DNA from: the human T2T-CHM13v2.0 reference genome, Homo sapiens
Strand: one strand, 5' to 3'
Length of the DNA stretch: 64,000 bases
Assembly (NCBI RefSeq): GCF_009914755.1
Contig: NC_060941.1
How positions within the stretch are numbered: position 1 is the stretch's first letter; the number at the start of each line of letters is the position of its first letter. Under the pieces are notes generated by a model. The model searched no databases, was not told where the DNA came from, and was given only the letters and a program-made list of their open reading frames with translations. Positions 17,851 through 31,645 of the stretch are shown here, in pieces. A program made the position numbers and the translations under genes.

Positions 17851-19099
17851 CGTAGGAATTCCTGCAAATATAAATCTCAGCAGCAAAGCAGTCCAGATTG
17901 ACTGGAACACACCACCCCCAGCCACCACCATCCAAGTTTTCCCTGGTTCTCGGAGTTGGAAACAGTTTCTGGGCTTTTGGCGCCCCCTCTGGATACAGAT
18001 GAAAACTGCAGTCCATTTTTAAGTCGCCTGTTCATAAGTTTTCAGGAAGATGTAAAATTCAAAAATGCTTGCATCAAATCAACGGGAAATGTATAAATCC
18101 CCGTCGTTTATGATGTAAAACTCTACATATTAGTATCTTATTGCATAATTGCATTAAAAGTATATTTATACATATACGTATATATCTTGACATATATTTA
18201 GTGAAATATTCCAAAATATCTTAAAGTCATAGCCCTCTTCACTGACTTTATTCCAGCAAACATGGTAATTACAATATCATACAACTAAGTACAGACGACC
18301 TGGCTAAAATGTCTGCCCGATGGTCTCCGAGTCTCCTGAATCAGGTGTCTGAGAATTACACAGTTATACTGTACACACAATGCCCTTCTACCCGGGACAC
18401 AGAAATAGGTCCACACTACACGGACTTTTTTCTCCTAGGAAAGGACGATGCTGTTCTTACACTTTCTGAAAGTAATCACAGAGCCCTGGATACGAAGCTA
18501 TTGTATGCAAATCTCTTAAATTTGTAAACGAGCTATAGGGCACCAGAAACATCCCATTTGAAGAAGTTACATTCGTTAAAAAAAAAATGCTGTTGAACAA
18601 GGCTGTAACTTACTACCTTATGAAGAGTTCCATTTCCTATAAGAAATGTCGGGCTTCTTCCGAAGACAACGAGAGAAAACAAGATTTTAAGAAATTCTCC
18701 CGGAAGGACATTGATTTGGATCTTGTGATAGTGTCCTCACTTCGCAAATTAGAAAGGGAAAAAAAAACTAGTTTTTATTATGATGTGGGCCGATTCACCA
18801 CAACAATAATTTAATTGAGGCGAATTTTTGCAAGAGCCCAAAAGGGTGGGGGGGGGGGAGTTTAAAATTAAGAGTTTCCCAATGCTGTGCGTTTATTTGG
18901 GATTCTGAAAGCACAGAACCCGCAAGCGACCAAGACTTTTCTTCTATCCCAGAGCAGATAGCTCCGCACTTACCCAACCTGGCTCTAAGCATTTCGTGTA
19001 AACACAAAGGTTGTGCTCAAATCACACTTGAAATACATGAGAGACACCACCAATGCCTCCCCCAGAACTCCCAACTACATGCAGGTCTGAACCGACCGG

Positions 19100-20000
19100 A
19101 CTAGAGTCAGAAGCACCGGCGCTTCACCCCTTCAGGTGTTTCGTAAATGCCAGCAAAAGCAGGCAAGCAGCATGACTCCGCCAGAGTGGAGCGTTTTGTC
19201 TGCGGTGGTGCCCATTTGTTTGGTCTTTTACAAACCAAGTGACCGGCCTGGGCCTCGCGGCCCGGGACAGCCGCATTGGCAAACTTCTATCTCTCAAAGC
19301 CAGAGCAGTTAGCAAACTCTCCCCCAGACAGGGCGACTCGGCTGACGTTTTTGACCCGGCCAGGAGGCAAAGACCAAAACGTCAGAGCAGTAGCCCTGTT
19401 ACTGAGGAGCGTCGGCAGGGTCGCGGGTAGAGGGGGCTGGAGAATGACTTGTCAGAGCTCAAGGTCGATGTGGCGCGGGGCGGCCTCGAGAGCGCCGGGC
19501 TCCTGCGTGGCCACGGCCGCCGCTGCCAACCTTCGCGGGGACTTAGCTTTGCTTTCCATTGACTCCCTTTGCAAAAGCGCAGCAGAATCCTGACCAGCCG
19601 CACCAGCCCCGGCGAACCCGAGCATGTTAATCTATTTATATGGATTATTACGGAGGAACAGCGGGCGTTGAGTCACCAAAACATTTGCTTCAAAAGACTA
19701 TTTCTAAGCACTTTTGCAGGCAGGCAGGCTCGCTCCAGGCGCGTAAACTCGGCTACGCATTAAGAAGCGGCTGCTTTTCGAATACTGCAAACTCCAGCTA
19801 AGTCCCCGGTGCCGCGGAGAGAGCAGTGAAAAGAAATGTCGGAGGTGGGGGTAGATCCTAGTCTAGACACACACACTTGCGCGCGCACACACACACACAC
19901 ACACACACAAGATTCGCGCGGAGAAGGCACTAAAATTCTGGCATTCCGAGAGTACGACAAACTTACACACTTGGAAGTCCCGGGTCCCCCGCCTTCCCCG
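19100..20000 (-). ncRNA. SOX9-AS1: Probable 5' region of divergent lncRNA SOX9-AS1
   Basis: SOX9-AS1 is known to initiate divergently from the SOX9 CpG island; exon structure cannot be derived from the sequence alone. Confidence 0.4.
19866..19909. repeat. (CA)n/(CG)n microsatellite in the SOX9 promoter
   Basis: TGCGCGCGC(AC)n, alternating purine-pyrimidine over 19878-19909. Confidence 0.95.
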
Positions 20001-20039
20001 CAGCACCCCCCGCCCCCCCACCCTACCGTCCGCCCTTTG

Positions 20040-20223
20040 GCTGCGATCCCCTCCCCTCTCCTCCCCTCCCGCCTCGTCACCCAGCCCAGTGCCACAATCC
20101 TCCTCCCTCCCCAAAATCGGGTCCAATCAGCTGCCTGCCAACCCTGGGACTGCTGTGCTGTGATTGGCGGGTGGCTCTAAGGTGAGGCGGAGTATTTATT
20201 AAAGAGACCCTGGGCTGGGAGTT
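20040..20223 (+). promoter_or_regulatory. SOX9 proximal promoter
   Basis: CRE half-site CGTCA 20075-20079, CCAAT 20123-20127, inverted ATTGG 20163-20167, Sp1-like C-rich boxes, TATA-like TATTTATTAAA 20193-20203; matches the known SOX9 promoter architecture. Confidence 0.9.
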
Positions 20224-21027
<804 letters not shown>

Positions 21028-21922
21028 TAGGACCCGGCGGGGGCGGCGCGGCAGGGTGGGCATCGCGGCGGCTGGGGGCGCTGGTCAGGGCTGATTTGCC
21101 CCGCCCCGCCTCCCATCGCCCGGGAGTTGCCGTTCCGGGAGCCGGCGGGATGGGGTTGGGAGTGGGAATGGGGTGTAACTGTGGCTCAGAGTTTGACAAA
21201 GTTCTTGGGCTGCTCGCGGGGACGCGGAGGAGGGGGGTGGTAAGTGGAAGAGGTGAGGGAGGTAGCTGGAGGATGGACGAAGACTGGTGGGAGACGGAAG
21301 GAGGGGGCTGCCAGCCTGCTCTCCAGTCGCCTGGAAGCTCAATCGGGGCGGGGAAGTGAAACTTGCCTCCCTCCTACCCGGCCTCTTAAAACTGCACTCT
21401 CTCGTGCAGCCCCACTGTCCACGGAGATGGGGCAAGGGAGAAACCGAGGTTGGAGGAGACCCTTGGCAGGAACTGGGAGGCGGGAGGAGGGAGGCTACTG
21501 GAAATAGGTGGGAGTGTATGGTGGGGGGTGAGAATTGGGGACCTTCTTGCAGCTTAAGTAATTTGGGGGAAAGTTTTCAAAGGGGGTTGGGGTTGGGGGC
21601 GGTAAGTCGAGCAGCAAAGGCGTTTAGGGGGCAGCACCGGGAGTCGTTTTCATCTCCAGCGTTTCCAAAATAGAAATAGAAGGGGAGGGGAGGGAGGGGG
21701 CGGGGAGTGACCGCTCAGGTCAGACTGCAATAACTTATTTATTTATTTATTTTTAAGAAAAATTATGAGCTGTGGTTGCAGGCAGGAGGGAAGATGGAGT
21801 TGTGTGCAGAGGAAGCCGAGTGGTCTGGGTCGCCGCCTCCTCCCCGCCGACCTGACAGTTTGGCGGATTTCACTGACCCCTCTCCCTCTTTTTCTCTGTG
21901 CCCCCCGCCCCGCCCCGAGCAG

Positions 21923-22176
21923 ACTTCTGAACGAGAGCGAGAAGCGGCCCTTCGTGGAGGAGGCGGAGCGGCTGCGCGTGCAGCACAAGAAGGACCACCC
22001 GGATTACAAGTACCAGCCGCGGCGGAGGAAGTCGGTGAAGAACGGGCAGGCGGAGGCAGAGGAGGCCACGGAGCAGACGCACATCTCCCCCAACGCCATC
22101 TTCAAGGCGCTGCAGGCCGACTCGCCACACTCCTCCTCCGGCATGAGCGAGGTGCACTCCCCCGGCGAGCACTCGG
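21923..22176 (+). CDS. SOX9: SOX9 exon 2 (second half of HMG box, C-terminal NLS, S181 PKA site RRKS)
   Basis: Acceptor CAG|A at 21922/21923 after a pyrimidine tract; [41 protein letters not shown]...EHS; donor G|GTGAGT after 22176; 254 nt. Confidence 0.99.
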
Positions 22177-22691
22177 GTGAGTCGCCCCTCGACCCCACCG
22201 GACAAGCTATCTCCGTCCCGCCTGGCACACCCCCTGCCCTCCGCCTGGGAGATTCTTCGTGGGGACTTTATGCTTCCCGGGAGGGACACACTGCCCTTTG
22301 CGCCCGTGCCGCTCCCCTCTCTACCCAGAGCCTAAGAGGCATCCAAACAACACACACACAAACACACACACCCCAACTCAATCCCAGCATCCGAAGAGAT
22401 TAACTTTTTTATTGGGAGGTAAAATGCCCTTAACAGCCTTACAAGACCTCTCCCTTCTTCTCTGCTCCCCCACCCCAAAAGCACACACAGGGCTCTTACA
22501 CAAGTAGCAATTAGGTCTTCCGGACCCTCCGGGCCCCAGACCCTCCCCTGATAAAAGGGGGCTGTCCAGTGTGTACCGGCGGGTTAATCATTGGGCGACT
22601 TATCTCCGGTGCAGCGCGCCTCTTGCGCGGGTGCGGGCCCTTATTACACTTTAGCAGCGAGGGAGGGTCCCCGGAGGGTGCCTAAGACTAG

Positions 22692-23591
<900 letters not shown>

Positions 23592-25618
23592 GGAGGCCTC
23601 CCACGAAGGGCGACGATGGCCGAGATGATCCTAAAAATAACCGAAGAAAGAGAGGACCAACCAGAATTCCCTTTGGACATTTGTGTTTTTTTGTTTTTTT
23701 ATTTTGTTTTGTTTTTTCTTCTTCTTCTTCTTCCTTAAAGACATTTAAGCTAAAGGCAACTCGTACCCAAATTTCCAAGACACAAACATGACCTATCCAA
23801 GCGCATTACCCACTTGTGGCCAATCAGTGGCCAGGCCAACCTTGGCTAAATGGAGCAGCGAAATCAACGAGAAACTGGACTTTTTAAACCCTCTTCAGAG
23901 CAAGCGTGGAGGATGATGGAGAATCGTGTGATCAGTGTGCTAAATCTCTCTGCCTGTTTGGACTTTGTAATTATTTTTTTAGCAGTAATTAAAGAAAAAA
24001 GTCCTCTGTGAGGAATATTCTCTATTTTAAATATTTTTAGTATGTACTGTGTATGATTCATTACCATTTTGAGGGGATTTATACATATTTTTAGATAAAA
24101 TTAAATGCTCTTATTTTTCCAACAGCTAAACTACTCTTAGTTGAACAGTGTGCCCTAGCTTTTCTTGCAACCAGAGTATTTTTGTACAGATTTGCTTTCT
24201 CTTACAAAAAGAAAAAAAAAATCCTGTTGTATTAACATTTAAAAACAGAATTGTGTTATGTGATCAGTTTTGGGGGTTAACTTTGCTTAATTCCTCAGGC
24301 TTTGCGATTTAAGGAGGAGCTGCCTTAAAAAAAAATAAAGGCCTTATTTTGCAATTATGGGAGTAAACAATAGTCTAGAGAAGCATTTGGTAAGCTTTAT
24401 CGTATATATATTTTTTAAAGAAGAGAAAAACACCTTGAGCCTTAAAACGGTGCTGCTGGGAAACATTTGCACTCTTTTAGTGCATTTCCTCCTGCCTTTG
24501 CTTGTTCACTGCAGTCTTAAGAAAGAGGTAAAAGGCAAGCAAAGGAGATGAAATCTGTTCTGGGAATGTTTCAGCAGCCAATAAGTGCCCGAGCACACTG
24601 CCCCCGGTTGCCTGCCTGGGCCCCATGTGGAAGGCAGATGCCTGCTCGCTCTGTCACCTGTGCCTCTCAGAACACCAGCAGTTAACCTTCAAGACATTCC
24701 ACTTGCTAAAATTATTTATTTTGTAAGGAGAGGTTTTAATTAAAACAAAAAAAAATTCTTTTTTTTTTTTTTTTCCAATTTTACCTTCTTTAAAATAGGT
24801 TGTTGGAGCTTTCCTCAAAGGGTATGGTCATCTGTTGTTAAATTATGTTCTTAACTGTAACCAGTTTTTTTTTATTTATCTCTTTAATCTTTTTTTATTA
24901 TTAAAAGCAAGTTTCTTTGTATTCCTCACCCTAGATTTGTATAAATGCCTTTTTGTCCATCCCTTTTTTCTTTGTTGTTTTTGTTGAAAACAAACTGGAA
25001 ACTTGTTTCTTTTTTTGTATAAATGAGAGATTGCAAATGTAGTGTATCACTGAGTCATTTGCAGTGTTTTCTGCCACAGACCTTTGGGCTGCCTTATATT
25101 GTGTGTGTGTGTGGGTGTGTGTGTGTTTTGACACAAAAACAATGCAAGCATGTGTCATCCATATTTCTCTACATCTTCTCTTGGAGTGAGGGAGGCTACC
25201 TGGAGGGGATCAGCCCACTGACAGACCTTAATCTTAATTACTGCTGTGGCTAGAGAGTTTGAGGATTGCTTTTTAAAAAAGACAGCAAACTTTTTTTTTT
25301 ATTTAAAAAAAGATATATTAACAGTTTTAGAAGTCAGTAGAATAAAATCTTAAAGCACTCATAATATGGCATCCTTCAATTTCTGTATAAAAGCAGATCT
25401 TTTTAAAAAGATACTTCTGTAACTTAAGAAACCTGGCATTTAAATCATATTTTGTCTTTAGGTAAAAGCTTTGGTTTGTGTTCGTGTTTTGTTTGTTTCA
25501 CTTGTTTCCCTCCCAGCCCCAAACCTTTTGTTCTCTCCGTGAAACTTACCTTTCCCTTTTTCTTTCTCTTTTTTTTTTTGTATATTATTGTTTACAATAA
25601 ATATACATTGCATTAAAA
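23592..25618 (+). other. SOX9: SOX9 3'UTR (~2 kb, U-rich, with miRNA seed sites)
   Basis: Runs from the stop codon to just past AATAAA at 25596-25601; U-rich tracts; seed matches for miR-145, miR-124, miR-101 and miR-30. Confidence 0.88.
25596..25601 (+). terminator. SOX9 poly(A) signal AATAAA (alternative candidate at 25341-25346)
   Basis: Canonical hexamer with upstream TGTA and U-rich elements, at the end of the U-rich 3'UTR. Confidence 0.8.
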
Positions 25619-28600
25619 AGAAAGTGGCCCTGTGGATTTATTCACCCAGTTCTCCTGTTGGATGATTTGGCAAATTTGAGCACAAAAGACATTGTGGAGT
25701 GCTGATTGCTGTGATGTTTTTGTTTTTTTATCAGCACCTTTGGCAATCCTAGAAAACAAGCTGAGGAAAAGACTGTATCTCCAAAAATCTAGGCAGAAAA
25801 ATCTTGAAAAGTGCCACTCCAATAGATCACACAGAAAATTACATGTCAGTAGTTGCTCACTCTGGCAAAAATGTTTGTTGTGGTTTTCATGACCTCATGC
25901 TTCAGGGCAAAAGCTGTCCCTTGTGGAGGTCACAGGGAATATTAGACCTGAAATCAGGAGCTTGTCAGTAGACAGAATGCCAGAGGGGTGACTTGCTTAT
26001 CTGGTTTTAATATGGCAAACTTTCCGTTCCTATGAACACATACCCAAGAAATGGAGTATCCACTTAAAAAGCAAAGGAAGCCAGAGAAAAACAGTGTCTA
26101 CAGGGAACCAGAGAGAAGCCTGTCGTATTAACCCATTAAATGATTCAGAGCCTTCCAGATTTCTCTGTAGAGACAATGAAAGGGGATGATTTTTCTGCTC
26201 CCTCCAGTTTAACTCATTCTAAGCAGACGCAAAGCCATTGTAGAAGAAACAAGACCTAATCCTGTTTTCCTTGGCCCCAGTTAGATGGGGAGTTTCCAGG
26301 TTCAGAGAAACGTTCAGGTCATTTTTCATTAAATAGATGAAATCACTCCTTCCCTCACATGGGCACACCTCCCCATCCCCACTCCCACACCCCAGATGAT
26401 TGGAGAAGTGTCTCTAAAGAGTCAGTCACCTTCACCCTCTCAGGCTAGTTTTACTACTGGGCCTGTGTCTCTGGCAGTCTTAACCAGAGTCCAACCTCTC
26501 TGGCATTACCTCACATTGTCTGTTTCTGCTTATTGGATTCCTGGCTGACATCCCACACCAGGAACATGGCAACCAGGAAAATGGTAGTTATCAAATCGAG
26601 GCAACATTAGTACTCGGCCTCCTTTGCAAATTCCTTCGACAAACATTGATTGAGGGCCTGTGATCTGCGGGGGACTGTGCAAATCCTTCCCTACCCCTTC
26701 AGACATCAAATTCTGTTCCTTGTTTGTGACATAGCCTTCCATGCGCTGAGGCCCTCCCTTCTTACAAAATCTCTATTTTTTTTTTTCTCTTGCCAACACT
26801 CACAAAGTCCTTTTTAAAAGTCTCTGTGGTGTTCACTAATTCTTGCCTACCTTATTCGTTCTAATCCCTTTGTCTATTAAAATCAACACACACCATTCCA
26901 CTGCGACTACCCCCTTCCCTAGCAAATCTGTATGTTTGCTAGACTGTTCTCCCTTCCAGAAATATGCTCTTTTTCCCAGTATGTGGCCTTTGCCAGGACT
27001 TCTTGAAGCCAAAATATTCTGTTCGGACATAAACTTGTGAAGGGAACTGAAGCAAGTTGTTTTGCTTTCCCGTGCCTCACTTTCCCCTTTTGCTGAGTAT
27101 GTTTATAATTCCTCCTACATAGAGCAGGGTTGTTAATAGAGGAGATTTTAGCCAGAGCAATCTGGGAGTTGACTGCATTGGAGTCTCCTGGTCTGTACAG
27201 CAGTCCCCCTGCATTAGAATTCCTGGGAGTAATAGCCAGGAAAAAGAGTTTCATAAGCTCCCCAAGTGGCTCTGATACACAGTAAAATGCAAGAGACACA
27301 GGAGTGCTGGGAGAGAATTCCTCAGAATCCCGCTCACCCCCATATCTATCAGATCTAGTCAAAGCCCAATATCACCAGATTATAAAATATTTTGGAGGAA
27401 TTTTTAGTCTAACACCAGAAGCACAGAGCTTATCACCCTGGCAACAGCAACACATTGACTGGAAACCTAGGAGAGTCCTCCACACCGGAAAGAGTTTGTA
27501 TGTAGATCCAGGGTTATTTGTTTGTTTGCACTTAAAATAAAACCTTTTCTTTTCTAACCATTTTAACAAAACTGAAATTTTTAGCAAAAGGGAATAAAAA
27601 TAAACTCATTTAAGAATCGGTCTTTTGCTCTATTATTAAATTAGAGCCATGGGGATTCACTGGAGCTGTTTGACTTTCCCACTTCAGCTCCATCCCATCC
27701 CTTTCCTTCCCTGATTTCCAAAATGAACGTTTGTGAGGCAGCATGGTGGCACGTTTATATTAAAGTAATCGATGAACTATCACTACAGCCAGAGATGGAT
27801 TTACTATGAAGCAAACAAAGCTCAAGCTTCAGCACCTCTCAAAAGCACAGGCTCCTTTTAAGGCTCTGGACTTATTCTTGAATTTTTAAAATTTAAATTC
27901 TTTTTCTTAAAGAACTTCGCCTCAAAAAAAAAAAAAAAAAAAAACCATAAACTTCATGCCACACAAAAGCTGGATCTGCCCCTGATCACACCTATTGGCC
28001 AGTAAACTGAAGCATTAGAGGCTGCCATAGAAGATAGCAGAATACATTTCTTTCTGTTCTCAACAGTGCCTGAAACATAGTAGGTGCTAAACAAATATCT
28101 ACCTTCCATCGTATCCATGAACGTGACGGTATTGCCAAAGAACACACTGGAATCTCTGCAATAACACTCTACCACTTGTCCTTACACAGTTTCTCATCCC
28201 TCTGAGAGTCAAATGAATTTTTGCTTCTCAAATGACATTCACTTACGGGCATAAGACAGGTTTCTTGCACACAAGAAATGCAATGACCTGCCCTCCTATT
28301 CTTTCCCTTTCCTCTTCCTGCTCATTCCTTTTTTTCTTTTCTTTGCCATCTCTCCTCTGCATTTTCTCAGTCTCCCCTTGACTCTGACAGCTGAAAACTT
28401 TGCTGGGCCCTGATTGAGCTTTTCCTCTTTTATCAAGCACAGACTAGAACTATTTTACTCCGAATTTCTGGAGAATCGTTCTTTTTTGACCAGATACAAC
28501 ATGGGCCAGGTAATCTCAGAAAACAACCAGGCTAAATTTGGGGCAATAGTTCCTTGAAGCTATTGTTAGACATGTCCCTTGAGCATTCAGGATTTTATAT

Positions 28601-29879
28601 GGAGGTTCATCTGATCACCATTATTTCCCACTGTCATATTCCACTCTAGAATTATTCCCACTCCTCATTCTTGCCATAAATATTTGATTAGGACGCAACC
28701 ATGAACAAGAAAGACTGCCTCATGGAGCTTCCATTTTCATGAAGAGGAGGCGGGCGCAAATAAATAGTACTTCCTGGTCTTTCCTTGTTTGCATGCCATA
28801 GGGGAAAAAATGCAACTCATTAGAGCCAACTGGGAGAACAGGCACAGGGAAGGAGGAGTTGATGGATTTGGAAATGGTTTTGGTGAGAACATGCTGAGTT
28901 CATTTTTCCTCTCCTGATCTTCATCTCTTTTTCAGTGATATAAAATTGACTCCATTTACATAAAGGGAACCCACTCTATTTTTACCTTAGCCACTCCCTC
29001 CTGCCCCTCTGCCCCACCCCCCAGTAACCCTCTATTAGTCTCTCTACCTCTTAATGAACCATGGATTCATGGATCTCACAATCCTCTTTATAGCAGAGAT
29101 CCCAAGAGAAAAATCCAGTCCCTAGTATCCAAAGGGCCTTTTGATCTCTACAGATTTGGTTAATGTACCCTGCAGATATGAGGAAGGAATCAGAAATGAG
29201 GAAGGTATAAAGAAAGGTCTTTTAATTTATTTGTGTTTGCATTGCAAAAATCTCTTATACATTATCTCAGCTATTGAATACTCCTCCATTGCCTCCAGAA
29301 TACCTGCATGGATTGAGAGCTCACATCCACCATGGAGATCTTTAATTGTGGAAAAATCTTACCTCTGCAGTTTCCACGCGATGGTCCAAGGTGGCCCACC
29401 TCCACAGCAGAACAGTGTGTCTTATCTTTCTTCCAAGTGACAGCCTTTCAACTATGTGTGCAGTTTTAAAGTTTTCTTTTACTCTTCCCAATCTAAACAC
29501 TTCCAATACATTTTACATGTGATAGGGTTCCAAAACCCTTTTATATTTGACAGTCTTCTTTGAATGTACTTCACTTACTAGTATTCTCAAATGAGTGCAC
29601 TCAGATTTTTTTCCAGGACTCCAAATACTTGGCTAACACGGAAGACAAATAGACTCATCATTCTTGTCATCAGAAATCATATTTCTATTAATTTACATTA
29701 AAATCATATTAGCTCTTGTAGCAGCCAAGTCACCCAGTTATGTTACGTTAAGTAATTTCTTACCTATCCTGTAATTGTGCAATTGATTTTTCAACCCAAG
29801 TTTTACATATCCTCCTGTTTTGACTGGCGTATGACTTATACAGGCCCAACGGAAGAAAAAAAAATGGCAAAGGGATTTG

Positions 29880-30055
29880 CATTATTGAGCCCTTACTTTC
29901 GCAGTCACTGTGACAGATGTTTTATATACATGATCTCACGTAATCTATTTAACAACCCTTTGAGACAGGTATTCTTATTACAGCTTTATGAAGAAGGAAA
30001 CTGAGGCTGAGAGATTAAGCAATTGACCTAAGGTTATGTGACTGGTAAATGGCAT
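29880..30055 (-). mobile_element. MIR (representative; similar fragments near 8540, 40560, 49500, 51340, 59270, 63390)
   Basis: ACAACCCTTTGAGACAGGTATT...GAAGGAAACTGAGGCTGAGAGATTAAGCAATTGACCTAAGG is the MIR core in antisense. Confidence 0.75.
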
Positions 30056-30294
30056 AGGCAACTACCAGAGGCTCCCCCCATCCTCTCAGTTTTCAAAAGA
30101 AAATTAGAAATAGAGTTCATAACGGGAAAGAAATAATAAATGGAGAAAGACAATTCTTATGTGGTAAATTATGCTACAGGAACCTCTTCAAAGCAAAATC
30201 TGACCATATGACCCCCTGTTCAAAACCTCTCAATGGCTACCTATCCTTGGAATAAAATCCAAATTCCTTACCATAGGATTCAACTGCCTTACTC

Positions 30295-30512
30295 CAGGAG
30301 TTGGTAAACCGCAGCCCACGTACCAAATCTGGCCCACCTCCTATTGTTGCAGATAAAGTTTTATTGGAACAAAGTCATGCTCATTAGTACAGATTGTCTA
30401 TGTGCTTTTCTGTTCCATGGCAGACTTGAGTAGTTGAAACAGAGACAGGAGCCAACAAAGCCCAAAATATTTACTAGCTGGCCCCATTACAGAAAGATTT
30501 GCTGACTGCTGC
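30295..30512. mobile_element. MER58-like hAT-Charlie DNA transposon
   Basis: CAGGAGTTGGTAAAC...AAATCTGGCCCACC...TAAAGTTTTATTGGAAC...AAAATATTTACTAGCTGGCCCC...TTTGCTGACTGCTG. Confidence 0.75.
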
Positions 30513-31520
30513 CCCACACAAGGTAGCCCTTGCCTAATTCTATGACTTCATCTGTTGCCACTACTCTCCTTATTCCCAATGCCCCACCCCTCAGCCTTCT
30601 TCCTCATTCTCAATCTCTCAAACTCTTTGCTATTTCAGGGCCTTTGCACTTCCTACTTTCGTGACTTAAACAACCTTTCATCAGAGTTTCCCTGTTATTT
30701 CTTTTTCATCTTTCAGATATCAGCTGAAATGGGCCAAAGGGCCATTTGGTCCAAGGGACCTTCCCTGCCCATCCTGGATACAGTAGTCCACACTGCCGTC
30801 ACCTCAATCCTCACTAACCCATTATTCCATTTTTGTAACACCATCACTTCCTGAAATAATCTTTGTCATTTACATGTTTGTCTCCTCCAGCTAAGGCTTT
30901 GAACGTCGTCTTGTTCTCAATTTATCTCCATTACCTGGGAAAGTGTTTGACACATAACAGGAGCTCGGTAAGCACTTATTGATGAATTCATTGGTGTATT
31001 AAGTTGCTGTATTCTCCCAGATCCTGAGATGGGAATCAAGTATTAGGGGTTAGAAGGCAAAAAAAAAAAAAAAAAAAAATCAATTACTCCTTAATTAAAT
31101 TATCAATTAAATGAACATTTGATTAATGTTCACTATACGCCAGGTAGCAGTTGGGCTTCAAAACTAATAAGATAAGGAGCTCACAAAAAGAAGGGTGAAG
31201 ATAAAGACATTAAACAGACAAGATTGTTGAGCGTTGAGTTAGAGATGTATATAAAGAATGCAGAGGAGAGGGAGGAGGGGGAAATTGTCCAGCTAAGGAA
31301 AGACACTAAGGCACAGAGGAGGGACTGTGCAAGAACATGGAAATATTCAACAGGCTGGTGCTTTGGGGCAATTGTAAGTTGGTTCACTGTGACTAGTATT
31401 CGATATGGGTAGATAAATAGCAGAAAATTAGTTAAGAGATAAGCAGAATCATAGTGAACTTTAGAAGGATTTGAACCAGGAAATGGCAGGAGTTGTTGTG
31501 TGTTTCAAAAAAGAGGACAT

Positions 31521-31645
31521 TAGCTGGGTGCGGTGGCTTGCGCTTGTAATCCCAGCTACTCAGGAGGCTGAGGCGGGACGATCCCTTGAGCCCAGGAGTT
31601 CGAGGCCAGCCTGGGCAACATAGCAAGACCCTATTTCAAAAAATA
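31521..31645 (+). mobile_element. Alu monomer (FLAM)
   Basis: GCTGGGTGCGGTGGCTTGCGCTTGTAATCCCAGC...CCTGGGCAACATAGCAAGACCC. Confidence 0.85.
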
